Positions 27,901-42,510 of a DNA stretch of 64,000 bases are shown here, piece after piece. Position numbers and translations under genes: made by a program. Positions within the stretch are counted from its first letter, which is position 1. Every line of letters begins with the position of its first letter. This stretch comes from Auanema rhodensis. Its lineage: Eukaryota > Animalia > Nematoda. The stretch lies in the NCBI GenBank assembly GCA_964057225.1, contig OZ059899.1:2046001-2110000 (forward strand). The letters run 5' to 3'. The notes beneath the pieces are model-generated. The model worked only from the letters and a program-made list of their open reading frames with translations. It was not told the DNA's origin and searched no databases.

Positions 27901-28795
27901 TATCAGATTTGCGCTAGCTTAAAAATGCACCGAGATATCAACTGATATAAGTTCACACTTATATCCTCGATTTTCACCCTGAAGAATTAATTTTTTCGTT
28001 GAATAACATTGTCCATCGTCTTTGCCTTGAAAAATGGAATCTTAAAACATCTACTTTTTGCTAAATTATTTTGAAATTTTTCGAAAAAATTTTTGTCAAA
28101 ATGTTTTTGGAAGCAATGTTGAGTGTACATGGAAACTCAACATACACTAATGCATCATTTTTCAAACAATCATAACTAATTTGTGTATCAAGCGTTTCTC
28201 AATGTAGTATAGTGCATTCGATGCGGATTTTTAAGCTGCGTCGATCTGTGTTATCAGATTTGCGCTAGCTTAAAAATGCACCGAGATATCAACTGATATA
28301 AGTTCACACTTATATCCTCGATTTTCACCCTGAAGAATTGATTTTTTCGTTGAATAACATTGTCCATCGTCTTTGCCTTGAAAAATGAAATCTAAAAACA
28401 TCTACTTTTTGCTAAATTATTTTGAAATTTTTCGAAAAAATTTTTGTCAAAATGTTTTTGGAAGCAATGTTAAGTGTACATGGAAACTCAACATACACTA
28501 ATGCATCATTTTTCAAACGATCATAACTAATTTTTGTATTGAGCGTTTCTCAATGTAGTATAGTGCATTCGATGCGGATTTTTAAGCTGCGTCGATCTGT
28601 GTTATCAGATTTGCGCTAGCTTAAAAATGCACCGAGATATCAACTGATATAAGTTCACACTTATATCCTCGATTTTCACCCTGAAGAATTAATTTTTTCG
28701 TTGAATAACATTGTCCATCGTCTTTGCCTTGAAAAATGAAATCTAAAAACATTTACTTTTTGCTAAATTATTTTGAAATTTTTCGAAAAAATTTT

Positions 28796-29523
28796 TGTCA
28801 AAATGTTTTTGGAAGCAATGTTGAGTGTACATGGAAACTCAACATACACTAATGCATCATTTTTCAAACGATCATAACTAATTTTTGTATTAAGCGTTTC
28901 TCAACGTAGTATAGTGCATTCGATGCGGATTTTTAAGCTGCGTCGATCTGTGTTATCAGATTTGCGCTAGCTTAAAAATGCACCGAGATATCAACTGATA
29001 TAAGTTCACACTTATATCCTCGATTTTCACCCTGAAGAATTGATTTTTTCGTTGAATAACATTGTCCATCGTCTTTGCTTTGAAAAATGAAATCTAAAAA
29101 CATCTACTTTTTGCTAAATTATTTTGAAATTTTTCGAAAAAATTTTTCGAAAAAATTTTTGTCAAAATGTTTTTGGAAGCAATGTTGAGTGTACATGGAA
29201 ACTCAACATACACTAATGCATCATTTTTCAAACAATCATAACTAATTTGTGTAATAAGCGTTTCTCAATGTAGTATAGTGCATTCGATGCGGATTTTTAA
29301 GCTGCGTCGATCTGTGTTATCAGATTTGCGCTAGCTTAAAAATGCACCGAGATATCAACTGATATAAGTTCACACTTATATCCTCGATTTTCACCCTGAA
29401 GAATTGATTTTTTCGTTGAATAACATTGTCCATCGTCTTTGCTTTGAAAAATGAAATCTAAAAACATCTACTTTTTGCTAAATTATTTTGAAATTTTTCG
29501 AAAAAATTTTTCGAAAAAATTTT
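28796..29523. repeat. Two adjacent 364-bp variant monomers
   Basis: CGAAAAAATTTTT is duplicated at 29135/29148 and at 29499/29512. Monomer starts are 28796, 29160 and 29524. Confidence 0.95.
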
Positions 29524-32331
29524 TGTCAAAATGTTTTTGGAAGCAATGTTGAGTGTACATGGAAACTCAACATACACTAATGCATCATTTTTCAAACAAT
29601 CATAACTAATTTGTGTAATAAGCGTTTCTCAATGTAGTATAGTGCATTCGATGCGGATTTTTAAGCTGCGTCGATCTGTGTTATCAGATTTGCGCTAGCT
29701 TAAAAATGCACCGAGATATCAACTGATATAAGTTCACACTTATATCCTCGATTTTCACCCTGAAGAATTGATTTTTTCGTTGAATAACATTGTCTATCGT
29801 CTTTGCCTTGAAAAATGGAATCTAAAAACATCTACTTTTTGCTAAATTATTTTGAAATTTTTCGAAAAAATTTTTGTCAAAATGTTTTTGGAAGCAATGT
29901 TGAGTGTACATGGAAACTCAACATACACTAATGCATCATTTTTCAAACAATCATAACTAATTTGTGTATCAAGCGTTTCTCAATGTAGTATAGTGCATTC
30001 GATGCGGATTTTTAAGCTGCGTCGATCTGTGTTATCAGATTTGCGCTAGCTTAAAAATGCACCGAGATATCAACTGATATAAGTTCACACTTATATCCTC
30101 GATTTTCACCCTGAAGAATTGATTTTTTCGTTGAATAACATTGTCCATCGTCTTTGCCTTGAAAAATGAAATCTAAAAACATCTACTTTTTGCTAAATTA
30201 TTTTGAAATTTTTCGAAAAAATTTTTGTCAAAATGTTTTTGGAAGCAATGTTGAGTGTACATGGAAACTCAACATACACTAATGCATCATTTTTCAAACG
30301 ATCATAACTAATTTTTGTATTGAGCGTTTCTCAATGTAGTATAGTGCATTCGATGCGGATTTTTAAGCTGCGTCGATCTGTGTTATCAGATTTGCGCTAG
30401 CTTAAAAATGCACCGAGATATCAACTGATATAAGTTCACACTTATATCCTCGATTTTCACCCTGAAGAATTGATTTTTTCGTTGAATAACATTGTCTATC
30501 GTCTTTGCCTTGAAAAATGGAATCTAAAAACATCTACTTTTTGCTAAATTATTTTGAAATTTTTCGAAAAAATTTTTGTCAAAATGTTTTTGGAAGCAAT
30601 GTTGAGTGTACATGGAAACTCAACATACACTAATGCATCATTTTTCAAACAATCATAACTAATTTGTGTATCAAGCGTTTCTCAATGTAGTATAGTGCAT
30701 TCGATGCGGATTTTTAAGCTGCGTCGATCTGTGTTATCAGATTTGCGCTAGCTTAAAAATGCACCGAGATATCAACTGATATAAGTTCACACTTATATCC
30801 TCGATTTTCACCCTGAAGAATTGATTTTTTCGTTGAATAACATTGTCCATCGTCTTTGCCTTGAAAAATGAAATCTAAAAACATCTACTTTTTGCTAAAT
30901 TATTTTGAAATTTTTCGAAAAAATTTTTGTCAAAATGTTTTTGGAAGCAATGTTGAGTGTACATGGAAACTCAACATACACTAATGCATCATTTTTCAAA
31001 CGATCATAACTAATTTTTGTATTGAGCGTTTCTCAATGTAGTATAGTGCATTCGATGCGGATTTTTAAGCTGCGTCGATCTGTGTTATCAGATTTGCGCT
31101 AGCTTAAAAATGCACCGAGATATCAACTGATATAAGTTCACACTTATATCCTCGATTTTCACCCTGAAGAATTGATTTTTTCGTTGAATAACATTGTCTA
31201 TCGTCTTTGCCTTGAAAAATGGAATCTAAAAACATCTACTTTTTGCTAAATTATTTTGAAATTTTTCGAAAAAATTTTTGTCAAAATGTTTTTGGAAGCA
31301 ATGTTGAGTGTACATGGAAACTCAACATACCCTAATGCATCATTTTTCAAACAATCATAACTAATTTGTGTATTAAGCGTTTCTCAATGTAGTATAGTGC
31401 ATTCGATGCGAATTTTTAAGCTGCGTCGATCTGTGTTATCAGATTTGCGCTAGCTTAAAAATGCACCGAGATATCAACTGATATAAGTTCACACTTATAT
31501 CCTCGATTTTCACCCTGAAGAATTGATTTTTTCGTTGAATAACATTGTCTATCGTCTTTGCCTTGAAAAATAGAATCTAAAAACATCTACTTTTTGCTAA
31601 ATTATTTTGAAATTTTTCGAAAAAATTTTTGTCAAAATGTTTTTGGAAGCAATGTTGAGTGTACATGGAAACTCAACATACACTAATGCATCATTTTTCA
31701 AACAATCATAACTAATTTGTGTATCAAGCGTTTCTCAATGTAGTATAGTGCATTCGATGCGGATTTTTAACCTGCGTCGATCTGTGTTATCAGATTTGCG
31801 CTAGCTTAAAAATGCACCGAGATATCAACTGATATAAGTTCACACTTATATCCTCGATTTTCACCCTGAAGAATTAATTTTTTCGTTGAATAACATTGTC
31901 CATCGTCTTTGCCTTGAAAAATGGAATCTTAAAACATCTACTTTTTGCTAAATTATTTTGAAATTTTTCGAAAAAATTTTTGTCAAAATGTTTTTGGAAG
32001 CAATGTTGAGTGTACATGGAAACTCAACATACACTAATGCATCATTTTTCAAACAATCATAACTAATTTGTGTATCAAGCGTTTCTCAATGTAGTATAGT
32101 GCATTCGATGCGGATTTTTAAGCTGCGTCGATCTGTGTTATCAGATTTGCGCTAGCTTAAAAATGCACCGAGATATCAACTGATATAAGTTTACACTTAT
32201 ATCCTCGATTTTCACCCTGAAGAATTGATTTTTTCGTTGAATAACATTGTCCATCGTCTTTGCCTTGAAAAATGGAATCTAAAAACATCTACTCTTTGCT
32301 AAATTATTTTGAAATTTTTCGAAAAAATTTT

Positions 32332-35300
32332 TGTCAAAATGTTTTTGGAAGCAATGTTGAGTGTACATGGAAACTCAACATACACTAATGCATCATTTTT
32401 CAAACGATCATAACTAATTTTTGTATCAAACGTTTCTCAATGTAGTATAGTGCATTCGATGCGGATTTTTAAGCTGCGTCGATCTGTGTTATCAGATTTG
32501 CGCTAGCTTAAAAATGCACCGAGATATCAACTGATATAAGTTCACACTTATATCCTCGATTTTCACCCTGAAGAATTAATTTTTTCGTTGAATAGCATTG
32601 TCCATCGTCTTTGCCTTGAAAAAAGGAATCTAAAAACATCTACTTTTTGCTAAATTATTTTGAAATTTTTCGAAAAAATTTTTGTCAAAATGTTTTTGGA
32701 AGCAATGTTGAGTGTACATGGAAACTCAACATACACTAATGCATCATTTTTCAAACGATCATAACTAATTTTTGTATCAAGCGTTTCTCGATGTAGTATA
32801 GTGCATTCGATGCGGATTTTTAAGCTGCGTCGATCTGTGTTATCAGATTTGCGCTAGCTTAAAAATGCACCGAGATATCAACTGATATAAGTTCACACTT
32901 ATATCCTCGATTTTCACCCTGAAGAATTAATTTTTTCGTTGAATAACATTGTCCATCGTCTTTGCCTTGAAAAATTGAATCTAAAAACATCTACTTTTTG
33001 CTAAATTATTTTGAAATTTTTCGAAAAAATTTTTGTCAAAATGTTTTTGGAAGCAATGTTGAGTGTACATGGAAACTCAACATACACTAATGCATCATTT
33101 TTCAAACGATCATAACTAATTTTTGTATCAAGCGTTTCTCAATGTAGTATAGTGCATTCGATGCGGATTTTTAAGCTGCGTCGATCTGTGTTATCAGATT
33201 TGCGCTAACTTAAAAATGCACCGAGATATCAACTGATATAAGTTCACACTTATATCCTCGATTTTCACCCTGAACAATTAATTTTTTCGTTGAATAACAT
33301 TGTCCATCGTCTTTGCCTTGAAAAATGGAATCTAAAAACATCTACTTTTTGCTAAATTATTTTGAAATTTTTCGAAAAAAGTTTTGTCAAAATGTTTTTG
33401 GAAGCAATGTTGAGTGTACATGGAAACTCAACATACACTAATGCATCATTTTTCAAACGATCATAACTAATTTTTGTATCAAGCGTTTCTCGATGTAGTA
33501 TAGTGCATTCGATGCGGATTTTTAAGCTGCGTCGATCTGTGTTATCAGATTTGCGCTAGCTTAAAAATGCACCGAGATATCAACTGATATAAGTTCACAC
33601 TTATATCCTCGATTTTCACCCTGAAGAATTAATTTTTTCGTTGAATAACATTGTCCATCGTCTTTGCCTTGAAAAATTGAATCTAAAAACATCTACTTTT
33701 TGCTAAATTATTTTGAAATTTTTCGAAAAAATTTTTGTCAAAATGTTTTTGGAAGCAATGTTGAGTGTACATGGAAACTCAACATACACTAATGCATCAT
33801 TTTTCAAACGATCATAACTAATTTTTGTATCAAGCGTTTCTCAATGTAGTATAGTGCATTCGATGCGGATTTTTAAGCTGCGTCGATCTGTGTTATCAGA
33901 TTTGCGCTAACTTAAAAATGCACCGAGATATCAACTGATATAAGTTCACACTTATATCCTCGATTTTCACCCTGAACAATTAATTTTTTCGTTGAATAAC
34001 ATTGTCCATCGTCTTTGCCTTGAAAAATGGAATCTAAAAACATCTACTTTTTGCTAAATTATTTTGAAATTTTTCGAAAAAATTTTTGTCAAAATGTTTT
34101 TGGAAGCAATGTTGAGTGTACATGGAAACTCAACATACACTAATGCATCATTTTTCAAACGATCATAACTAATTTTTGTATCAAGCGTTTCTCGATGTAG
34201 TATAGTGCATTCGATGCGGATTTTTAAGCTGCGTCGATCTGTGTTATCAGATTTGCGCTAGCTTAAAAATGCACCGAGATATCAACTGATATAAGTTCAC
34301 ACTTATATCCTCGATTTTCACCCTGAAGAATTAATTTTTTCGTTGAATAACATTGTCCATCGTCTTTGCCTTGAAAAATGGAATCTAAAAACATCTACTT
34401 TTTGCTAAATTATTTTGAAATTTTTCGAAAAAATTTTTGTCAAAATGTTTTTGGAAGCAATGTTGAGTGTACATGGAAACTCAACATACACTAATGCATC
34501 ATTTTTCAAACAATCATAACTAATTTGTGTATTAAGCGTTTCTCAATGTAGTATAGTGCATTCGATGCGGATTTTTAAGCTGCGTCGATCTGTGTTATCA
34601 GATTTGCGCTAGCTTATAAATGCACCGAGATATCAACTGATATAAGTTCACACTTATATCCTCGATTTTCACCCTGAAGAATTAATTTTTTCGTTGAATA
34701 GCATTGTCCATCGTCTTTGCCTTGAAAAAAGGAATCTAAAAACATCTACTTTTTGCTAAATTATTTTGAAATTTTTCGAAAAAATTTTTGTCAAAATGTT
34801 TTTGGAAGCAATGTTGAGTGTACATGGAAACTCAACATACACTAATGCATCATTTTTCAAACGATCATAACTAATTTTTGTATCAAACGTTTCTCAATGT
34901 AGTATAGTGCATTCGATGCGGATTTTTAAGCTGCGTCGATCTGTGTTATCAGATTTGCGCTAGCTTAAAAATGCACCGAGATATCAACTGATATAAGTTC
35001 ACACTTATATCCTCGATTTTCACCCTGAAGAATTAATTTTTTCGTTGAATAGCATTGTCCATCGTCTTTGCCTTGAAAAAAGGAATCTAAAAACATCTAC
35101 TTTTTGCTAAATTATTTTGAAATTTTTCGAAAAAATTTTTGTCAAAATGTTTTTGGAAGCAATGTTGAGTGTACATGGAAACTCAACATACACTAATGCA
35201 TCATTTTTCAAACGATCATAACTAATTTTTGTATCAAGCGTTTCTCGATGTAGTATAGTGCATTCGATGCGGATTTTTAAGCTGCGTCGATCTGTGTTAT

Positions 35301-37245
35301 CAGATTTGCGCTAGCTTAAAAATGCACCGAGATATCAACTGATATAAGTTCACACTTATATCCTCGATTTTCACCCTGAAGAATTAATTTTTTCGTTGAA
35401 TAACATTGTCCATCGTCTTTGCCTTGAAAAATTGAATCTAAAAACATCTACTTTTTGCTAAATTATTTTGAAATTTTTCGAAAAAATTTTTGTCAAAATG
35501 TTTTTGGAAGCAATGTTGAGTGTACATGGAAACTCAACATACACTAATGCATCATTTTTCAAACGATCATAACTAATTTTTGTATCAAGCGTTTCTCAAT
35601 GTAGTATAGTGCATTCGATGCGGATTTTTAAGCTGCGTCGATCTGTGTTATCAGATTTGCGCTAACTTAAAAATGCACCGAGATATCAACTGATATAAGT
35701 TCACACATATATCCTCGATTTTCACCCTGAACAATTAATTTTTTCGTTGAATAACATTGTCCATCGTCTTTGCCTTGAAAAATGGAATCTAAAAACATCT
35801 ACTTTTTGCTAAATTATTTTGAAATTTTTCGAAAAAAGTTTTGTCAAAATGTTTTTGGAAGCAATGTTGAGTGTACATGGAAACTCAACATACACTAATG
35901 CATCATTTTTCAAACGATCATAACTAATTTTTGTATCAAGCGTTTCTCGATGTAGTATAGTGCATTCGATGCGGATTTTTAAGCTGCGTCGATCTGTGTT
36001 ATCAGATTTGCGCTAGCTTAAAAATGCACCGAGATATCAACTGATATAAGTTCACACTTATATCCTCGATTTTCACCCTGAAGAATTAATTTTTTCGTTG
36101 AATAACATTGTCCATCGTCTTTGCCTTGAAAAATTGAATCTAAAAACATCTACTTTTTGCTAAATTATTTTGAAATTTTTCGAAAAAATTTTTGTCAAAA
36201 TGTTTTTGGAAGCAATGTTGAGTGTACATGGAAACTCAACATACACTAATGCATCATTTTTCAAACGATCATAACTAATTTTTGTATCAAGCGTTTCTCA
36301 ATGTAGTATAGTGCATTCGATGCGGATTTTTAAGCTGCGTCGATCTGTGTTATCAGATTTGCGCTAACTTAAAAATGCACCGAGATATCAACTGATATAA
36401 GTTCACACTTATATCCTCGATTTTCACCCTGAACAATTAATTTTTTCGTTGAATAACATTGTCCATCGTCTTTGCCTTGAAAAATGGAATCTAAAAACAT
36501 CTACTTTTTGCTAAATTATTTTGAAATTTTTCGAAAAAATTTTTGTCAAAATGTTTTTGGAAGCAATGTTGAGTGTACATGGAAACTCAACATACACTAA
36601 TGCATCATTTTTCAAACGATCATAACTAATTTTTGTATCAAGCGTTTCTCGATGTAGTATAGTGCATTCGATGCGGATTTTTAAGCTGCGTCGATCTGTG
36701 TTATCAGATTTGCGCTAGCTTAAAAATGCACCGAGATATCAACTGATATAAGTTCACACTTATATCCTCGATTTTCACCCTGAAGAATTAATTTTTTCGT
36801 TGAATAACATTGTCCATCGTCTTTGCCTTGAAAAATGGAATCTAAAAACATCTACTTTTTGCTAAATTATTTTGAAATTTTTCGAAAAAATTTTTGTCAA
36901 AATGTTTTTGGAAGCAATGTTGAGTGTACATGGAAACTCAACATACACTAATGCATCATTTTTCAAACAATCATAACTAATTTGTGTATTAAGCGTTTCT
37001 CAATGTAGTATAGTGCATTCGATGCGGATTTTTAAGCTGCGTCGATCTGTGTTATCAGATTTGCGCTAGCTTATAAATGCACCGAGATATCAACTGATAT
37101 AAGTTCACACTTATATCCTCGATTTTCACCCTGAAGAATTAATTTTTTCGTTGAATAGCATTGTCCATCGTCTTTGCCTTGAAAAAAGGAATCTAAAAAC
37201 ATCTACTTTTTGCTAAATTATTTTGAAATTTTTCGAAAAAATTTT
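32332..37245. repeat. 7-monomer higher-order unit x2 (2457 bp)
   Basis: Marker pairs lie exactly 2457 bp apart: 32430/34887 (TCAAACG), 33381/35838 (AAAAAAGTTTT) and 34617/37074 (TTATAAAT). Confidence 0.85.
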
Positions 37246-40200
37246 TGTCAAAATGTTTTTGGAAGCAATGTTGAGTGTACATGGAAACTCAACATACACT
37301 AATGCATCATTTTTCAAACGATCATAACTAATTTTTGTATCAAGCGTTTCTCGATGTAGTATAGTGCATTCGATGCGGATTTTTAAGCTGCGTCGATCTG
37401 TGTTATCAGATTTGCGCTAGCTTACAAATGCACCGAGATATCAACTGATATAAGTTCACACTTATATCCTCGATTTTCACCCTGAAGAATTAATTTTTTC
37501 GTTGAATAACATTGTCCATCGTCTTTGCCTTGAAAAATGGAATCTAAAAACATCTACTCTTTGCTAAATTATTTTGAAATTTTTCGAAAAAATTTTTGTC
37601 AAAATGTTTTTGGAAGCAATGTTGAGTGTACATGGAAACTCAACATACACTAATGCATCATTTTTCAAACGATCATAACTAATTTTTGTATCAAGCGTTT
37701 CTCGATGTAGTATAGTGCATTCGATGCGGATTTTTAAGCTGCGTCGATCTGTGTTATCAGATTTGCGCTAGCTTACAAATGCACCGAGATATCAACTGAT
37801 ATAAGTTCACACTTATATCCTCGATTTTCACCCTGAAGAATTAATTTTTTCGTTGAATAACATTGTCCATCGTCTTTGCCTTGAAAAATGGAATCTAAAA
37901 ACATCTACTTTTTGCTAAATTATTTTGAAATTTTTCGAAAAAATTTTTGTCAAAATGTTTTTGGAAGCAATGTTGAGTGTACATGGAAACTCAACATACA
38001 CTAATGCATCATTTTTCAAACAATCATAACTAATTTGTGTATTAAGCGTTTCTCAATGTAGTATAGTGCATTCGATGCGGATTTTTAAGCTGCGTCGATC
38101 TGTGTTATCAGATTTGCGCTAACTTAAAAATGCACCGAGATATCAACTGATATAAGTTCACACTTATATCCTCGATTTTCACCCTGAACAATTAATTTTT
38201 TCGTTGAATAACATTGTCCATCGTCTTTGCCTTGAAAAATGGAATCTAAAAACATCTACTTTTTGCTAAATTATTTTGAAATTTTTCGAAAAAATTTTTG
38301 TCAAAATGTTTTTGGAAGCAATGTTGAGTGTACATGGAAACTCAACATACACTAATGCATCATTTTTCAAACGATCATAACTAATTTTTGTATCAAGCGT
38401 TTCTCGATGTAGTATAGTGCATTCGATGCGGATTTTTAAGCTGCGTCGATCTGTGTTATCAGATTTGCGCTAGCTTAAAAATGCACCGAGATATCAACTG
38501 ATATAAGTTCACACTTATATCCTCGATTTTCACCCTGAAGAATTAATTTTTTCGTTGAATAACATTATCCATCGTCTTTGCCTTGAAAAATGGAATCTAA
38601 AAACATCTATTTTTTGCTAAATTATTTTGAAATTTTTCGAAAAAATTTTTGTCAAAATGTTTTTGGAAGCAATGTTGAGTGTACATGGAAACTCAACATA
38701 CACTAATGCATCATTTTTCAAACGATCATAACTAATTTTTGTATCAAACGTTTCTCAATGTAGTATAGTGCATTCGATGCGGATTTTTAAGCTGCGTCGA
38801 TCTGTGTTATCAGATTTGCGCTAGCTTAAAAATGCACCGAGATATCAACTGATATAAGTTCACACTTATATCCTCGATTTTCACCCTGAAGAATTAATTT
38901 TTTCGTTGAATAGCATTGTCCATCGTCTTTGCCTTGAAAAAAGGAATCTAAAAACATCTACTTTTTGCTAAATTATTTTGAAATTTTTCGAAAAAATTTT
39001 TGTCAAAATGTTTTTGGAAGCAATGTTGAGTGTACATGGAAACTCAACATACACTAATGCATCATTTTTCAAACGATCATAACTAATTTTTGTATCAAAC
39101 GTTTCTCAATGTAGTATAGTGCATTCGATGCGGATTTTTAAGCTGCGTCGATCTGTGTTATCAGATTTGCGCTAGCTTAAAAATGCACCGAGATATCAAC
39201 TGATATAAGTTCACACTTATATCCTCGATTTTCACCCTGAAGAATTAATTTTTTCGTTGAATAGCATTGTCCATCGTCTTTGCCTTGAAAAAAGGAATCT
39301 AAAAACATCTACTTTTTGCTAAATTATTTTGAAATTTTTCGAAAAAATTTTTGTCAAAATGTTTTTGGAAGCAATGTTGAGTGTACATGGAAACTCAACA
39401 TACACTAATGCATCATTTTTCAAACGATCATAACTAATTTTTGTATCAAGCGTTTCTCGATGTAGTATAGTGCATTCGATGCGGATTTTTAAGCTGCGTC
39501 GATCTGTGTTATCAGATTTGCGCTAGCTTAAAAATGCACCGAGATATCAACTGATATAAGTTCACACTTATATCCTCGATTTTCACCCTGAAGAATTAAT
39601 TTTTTCGTTGAATAACATTGTCCATCGTCTTTGCCTTGAAAAATTGAATCTAAAAACATCTACTTTTTGCTAAATTATTTTGAAATTTTTCGAAAAAATT
39701 TTTGTCAAAATGTTTTTGGAAGCAATGTTGAGTGTACATGGAAACTCAACATACACTAATGCATCATTTTTCAAACGATCATAACTAATTTTTGTATCAA
39801 GCGTTTCTCAATGTAGTATAGTGCATTCGATGCGGATTTTTAAGCTGCGTCGATCTGTGTTATCAGATTTGCGCTAACTTAAAAATGCACCGAGATATCA
39901 ACTGATATAAGTTCACACTTATATCCTCGATTTTCACCCTGAACAATTAATTTTTTCGTTGAATAACATTGTCCATCGTCTTTGCCTTGAAAAATGGAAT
40001 CTAAAAACATCTACTTTTTGCTAAATTATTTTGAAATTTTTCGAAAAAATTTTTGTCAAAATGTTTTTGGAAGCAATGTTGAGTGTACATGGAAACTCAA
40101 CATACACTAATGCATCATTTTTCAAACGATCATAACTAATTCTTGTATCAAGCGTTTCTTGATGTAGCATAGTGCATTCGATGCGGATTTTTAAGCTGCG

Positions 40201-40404
40201 TCGATCTGTGTTATCAGATTTGCGCTAGCTTATAAATGCACCGAGATATCAACTGATATAAGTTCACACTTATATCCTCGATTTTCACCCTGAAGAATTG
40301 ATTTTTTCGTTGAATAATATTGTCTATCGTCTTTGCCTTAAAAAATGGAATCTAAAAACTTCTACTTTTTGCTAAATTATTTTGAAATTTTTCGAAAAAA
40401 TTTT

Positions 40405-42510
40405 TGTCAAAATGTTTTTGGAAGCAATGTTGAGTGTACATGGAAACTCAACATACACTAATGCATCATTTTTCAAACGATCATAACTAATTTTTGTATC
40501 AAGCGTTTCTCAATGTAGTATAGTGCATTCGATCCGGATTTTTAAGCTGCGTCGATCTGTGTTATCAGATTTGCGCTAGCTTAAAAATGCACCGAGATAT
40601 CAACTGATATAAGTTCACACTTATATCCTCGATTTTCACCCTGAAGAATTAATTTTTTCGTTGAATAACATTGTCCATCGTCTTTGCCTTGAAAAAAGGA
40701 ATCTAAAAACATCTACTTTTTGCTAAATTATTTTGAAATTTTTGGAAAAAATTTTTGTCAAAATGTTTTTGGAAGCAATGTTGAGTGTACATGGAAACTC
40801 AACATACACTAATGCATCATTTTTCAAACGATCATAACTAATTTTTGTATTAAGCGTTTCTCAATGTAGTATAGTGCATTCGATGCGAATTTTTAAGCTG
40901 CGTCGATCTGTGTTATCAGATTTGCGCTAGCTTAAAAATGCACCGAGATATCAACTGATATAAGTTCACACTTATATCCTCGATTTTCACCCTGAAGAAT
41001 TAATTTTTTCGTTGAATAGCATTGTCCATCGTCTTTGCCTTGAAAAAAGGAATCTAAAAACATCTACTTTTTGCTAAATTATTTTGAAATTTTTCGAAAA
41101 AATTTTTGTCAAAATGTTTTTGGAAGCAATGTTGAGTGTACATGGAAACTCAACATACACTAATGCATCATTTTTCAAACGATCATAACTAATTTTTGTA
41201 TCAAGCGTTTCTCAATGTAGTATAGTGCATTCGATCCGGATTTTTAAGCTGCGTCGATCTGTGTTATCAGATTTGCGCTAGCTTAAAAATGCACCGAGAT
41301 ATCAACTGATATAAGTTCACACTTATATCCTCGATTTTCACCCTGAAGAATTAATTTTTTCGTTGAATAACATTGTCCATCGTCTTTGCCTTGAAAAAAG
41401 GAATCTAAAAACATCTACTTTTTGCTAAATTATTTTGAAATTTTTGGAAAAAATTTTTGTCAAAATGTTTTTGGAAGCAATGTTGAGTGTACATGGAAAC
41501 TCAACATACACTAATGCATCATTTTTCAAACGATCATAACTAATTTTTGTATTAAGCGTTTCTCAATGTAGTATAGTGCATTCGATGCGAATTTTTAAGC
41601 TGCGTCGATCTGTGTTATCAGATTTGCGCTAGCTTAAAAATGCACCGAGATATCAACTGATAAAAGTTCACACTTATATCCTCGATTTTCACCCTGAAGA
41701 ATTAATTTTTTCGTTGAATAGCATTGTCCATCGTCTTTGCCTTGAAAAAAGGAATCTAAAAACATCTACTTTTTGCTAAATTATTTTGAAATTTTTCGAA
41801 AAAATTTTTGTCAAAATGTTTTTGGAAGCAATGTTGAGTGTACATGGAAACTCAACATACACTAATGCATCATTTTTCAAACGATCATAACTAATTTTTG
41901 TATCAAGCGTTTCTCAATGTAGTATAGTGCATTCGATCCGGATTTTTAAGCTGCGTCGATCTGTGTTATCAGATTTGCGCTAGCTTAAAAATGCACCGAG
42001 ATATCAACTGATATAAGTTCACACTTATATCCTCGATTTTCACCCTGAAGAATTAATTTTTTCGTTGAATAACATTGTCCATCGTCTTTGCCTTGAAAAA
42101 AGGAATCTAAAAACATCTACTTTTTGCTAAATTATTTTGAAATTTTTGGAAAAAATTTTTGTCAAAATGTTTTTGGAAGCAATGTTGAGTGTACATGGAA
42201 ACTCAACATACACTAATGCATCATTTTTCAAACGATCATAACTAATTTTTGTATTAAGCGTTTCTCAATGTAGTATAGTGCATTCGATGCGAATTTTTAA
42301 GCTGCGTCGATCTGTGTTATCAGATTTGCGCTAACTTAAAAATGCACCGAGATATCAACTGATATAAGTTCACACTTATATCCTCGATTTTCACCCTGAA
42401 GAATTGATTTTTTCGTTGAATAACATTGTCTATCGTCTTTGCCTTGAAAAATGGAATCTAAAAACATCTACTTTTTGCTAAATTATTTTGAAATTTTTCG
42501 AAAAAATTTT
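40405..42510. repeat. Dimeric higher-order unit x3 (702 bp)
   Basis: The GATCCGG variant at 40534, 41236 and 41938 alternates with the GCGAATT variant at 40888, 41590 and 42292. Confidence 0.88.

Larger units (their letters stand above)
1..32331. repeat. Left satellite subfamily domain (monomers 1-92)
   Basis: Variants GTTAAG (pos 28), TTGAGCG (97), CAACGT (110), ATGAAATC (295), TCTTAAAA (301) and CATTTAC (309) are common here and were not seen beyond ~32 kb. Confidence 0.8.
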
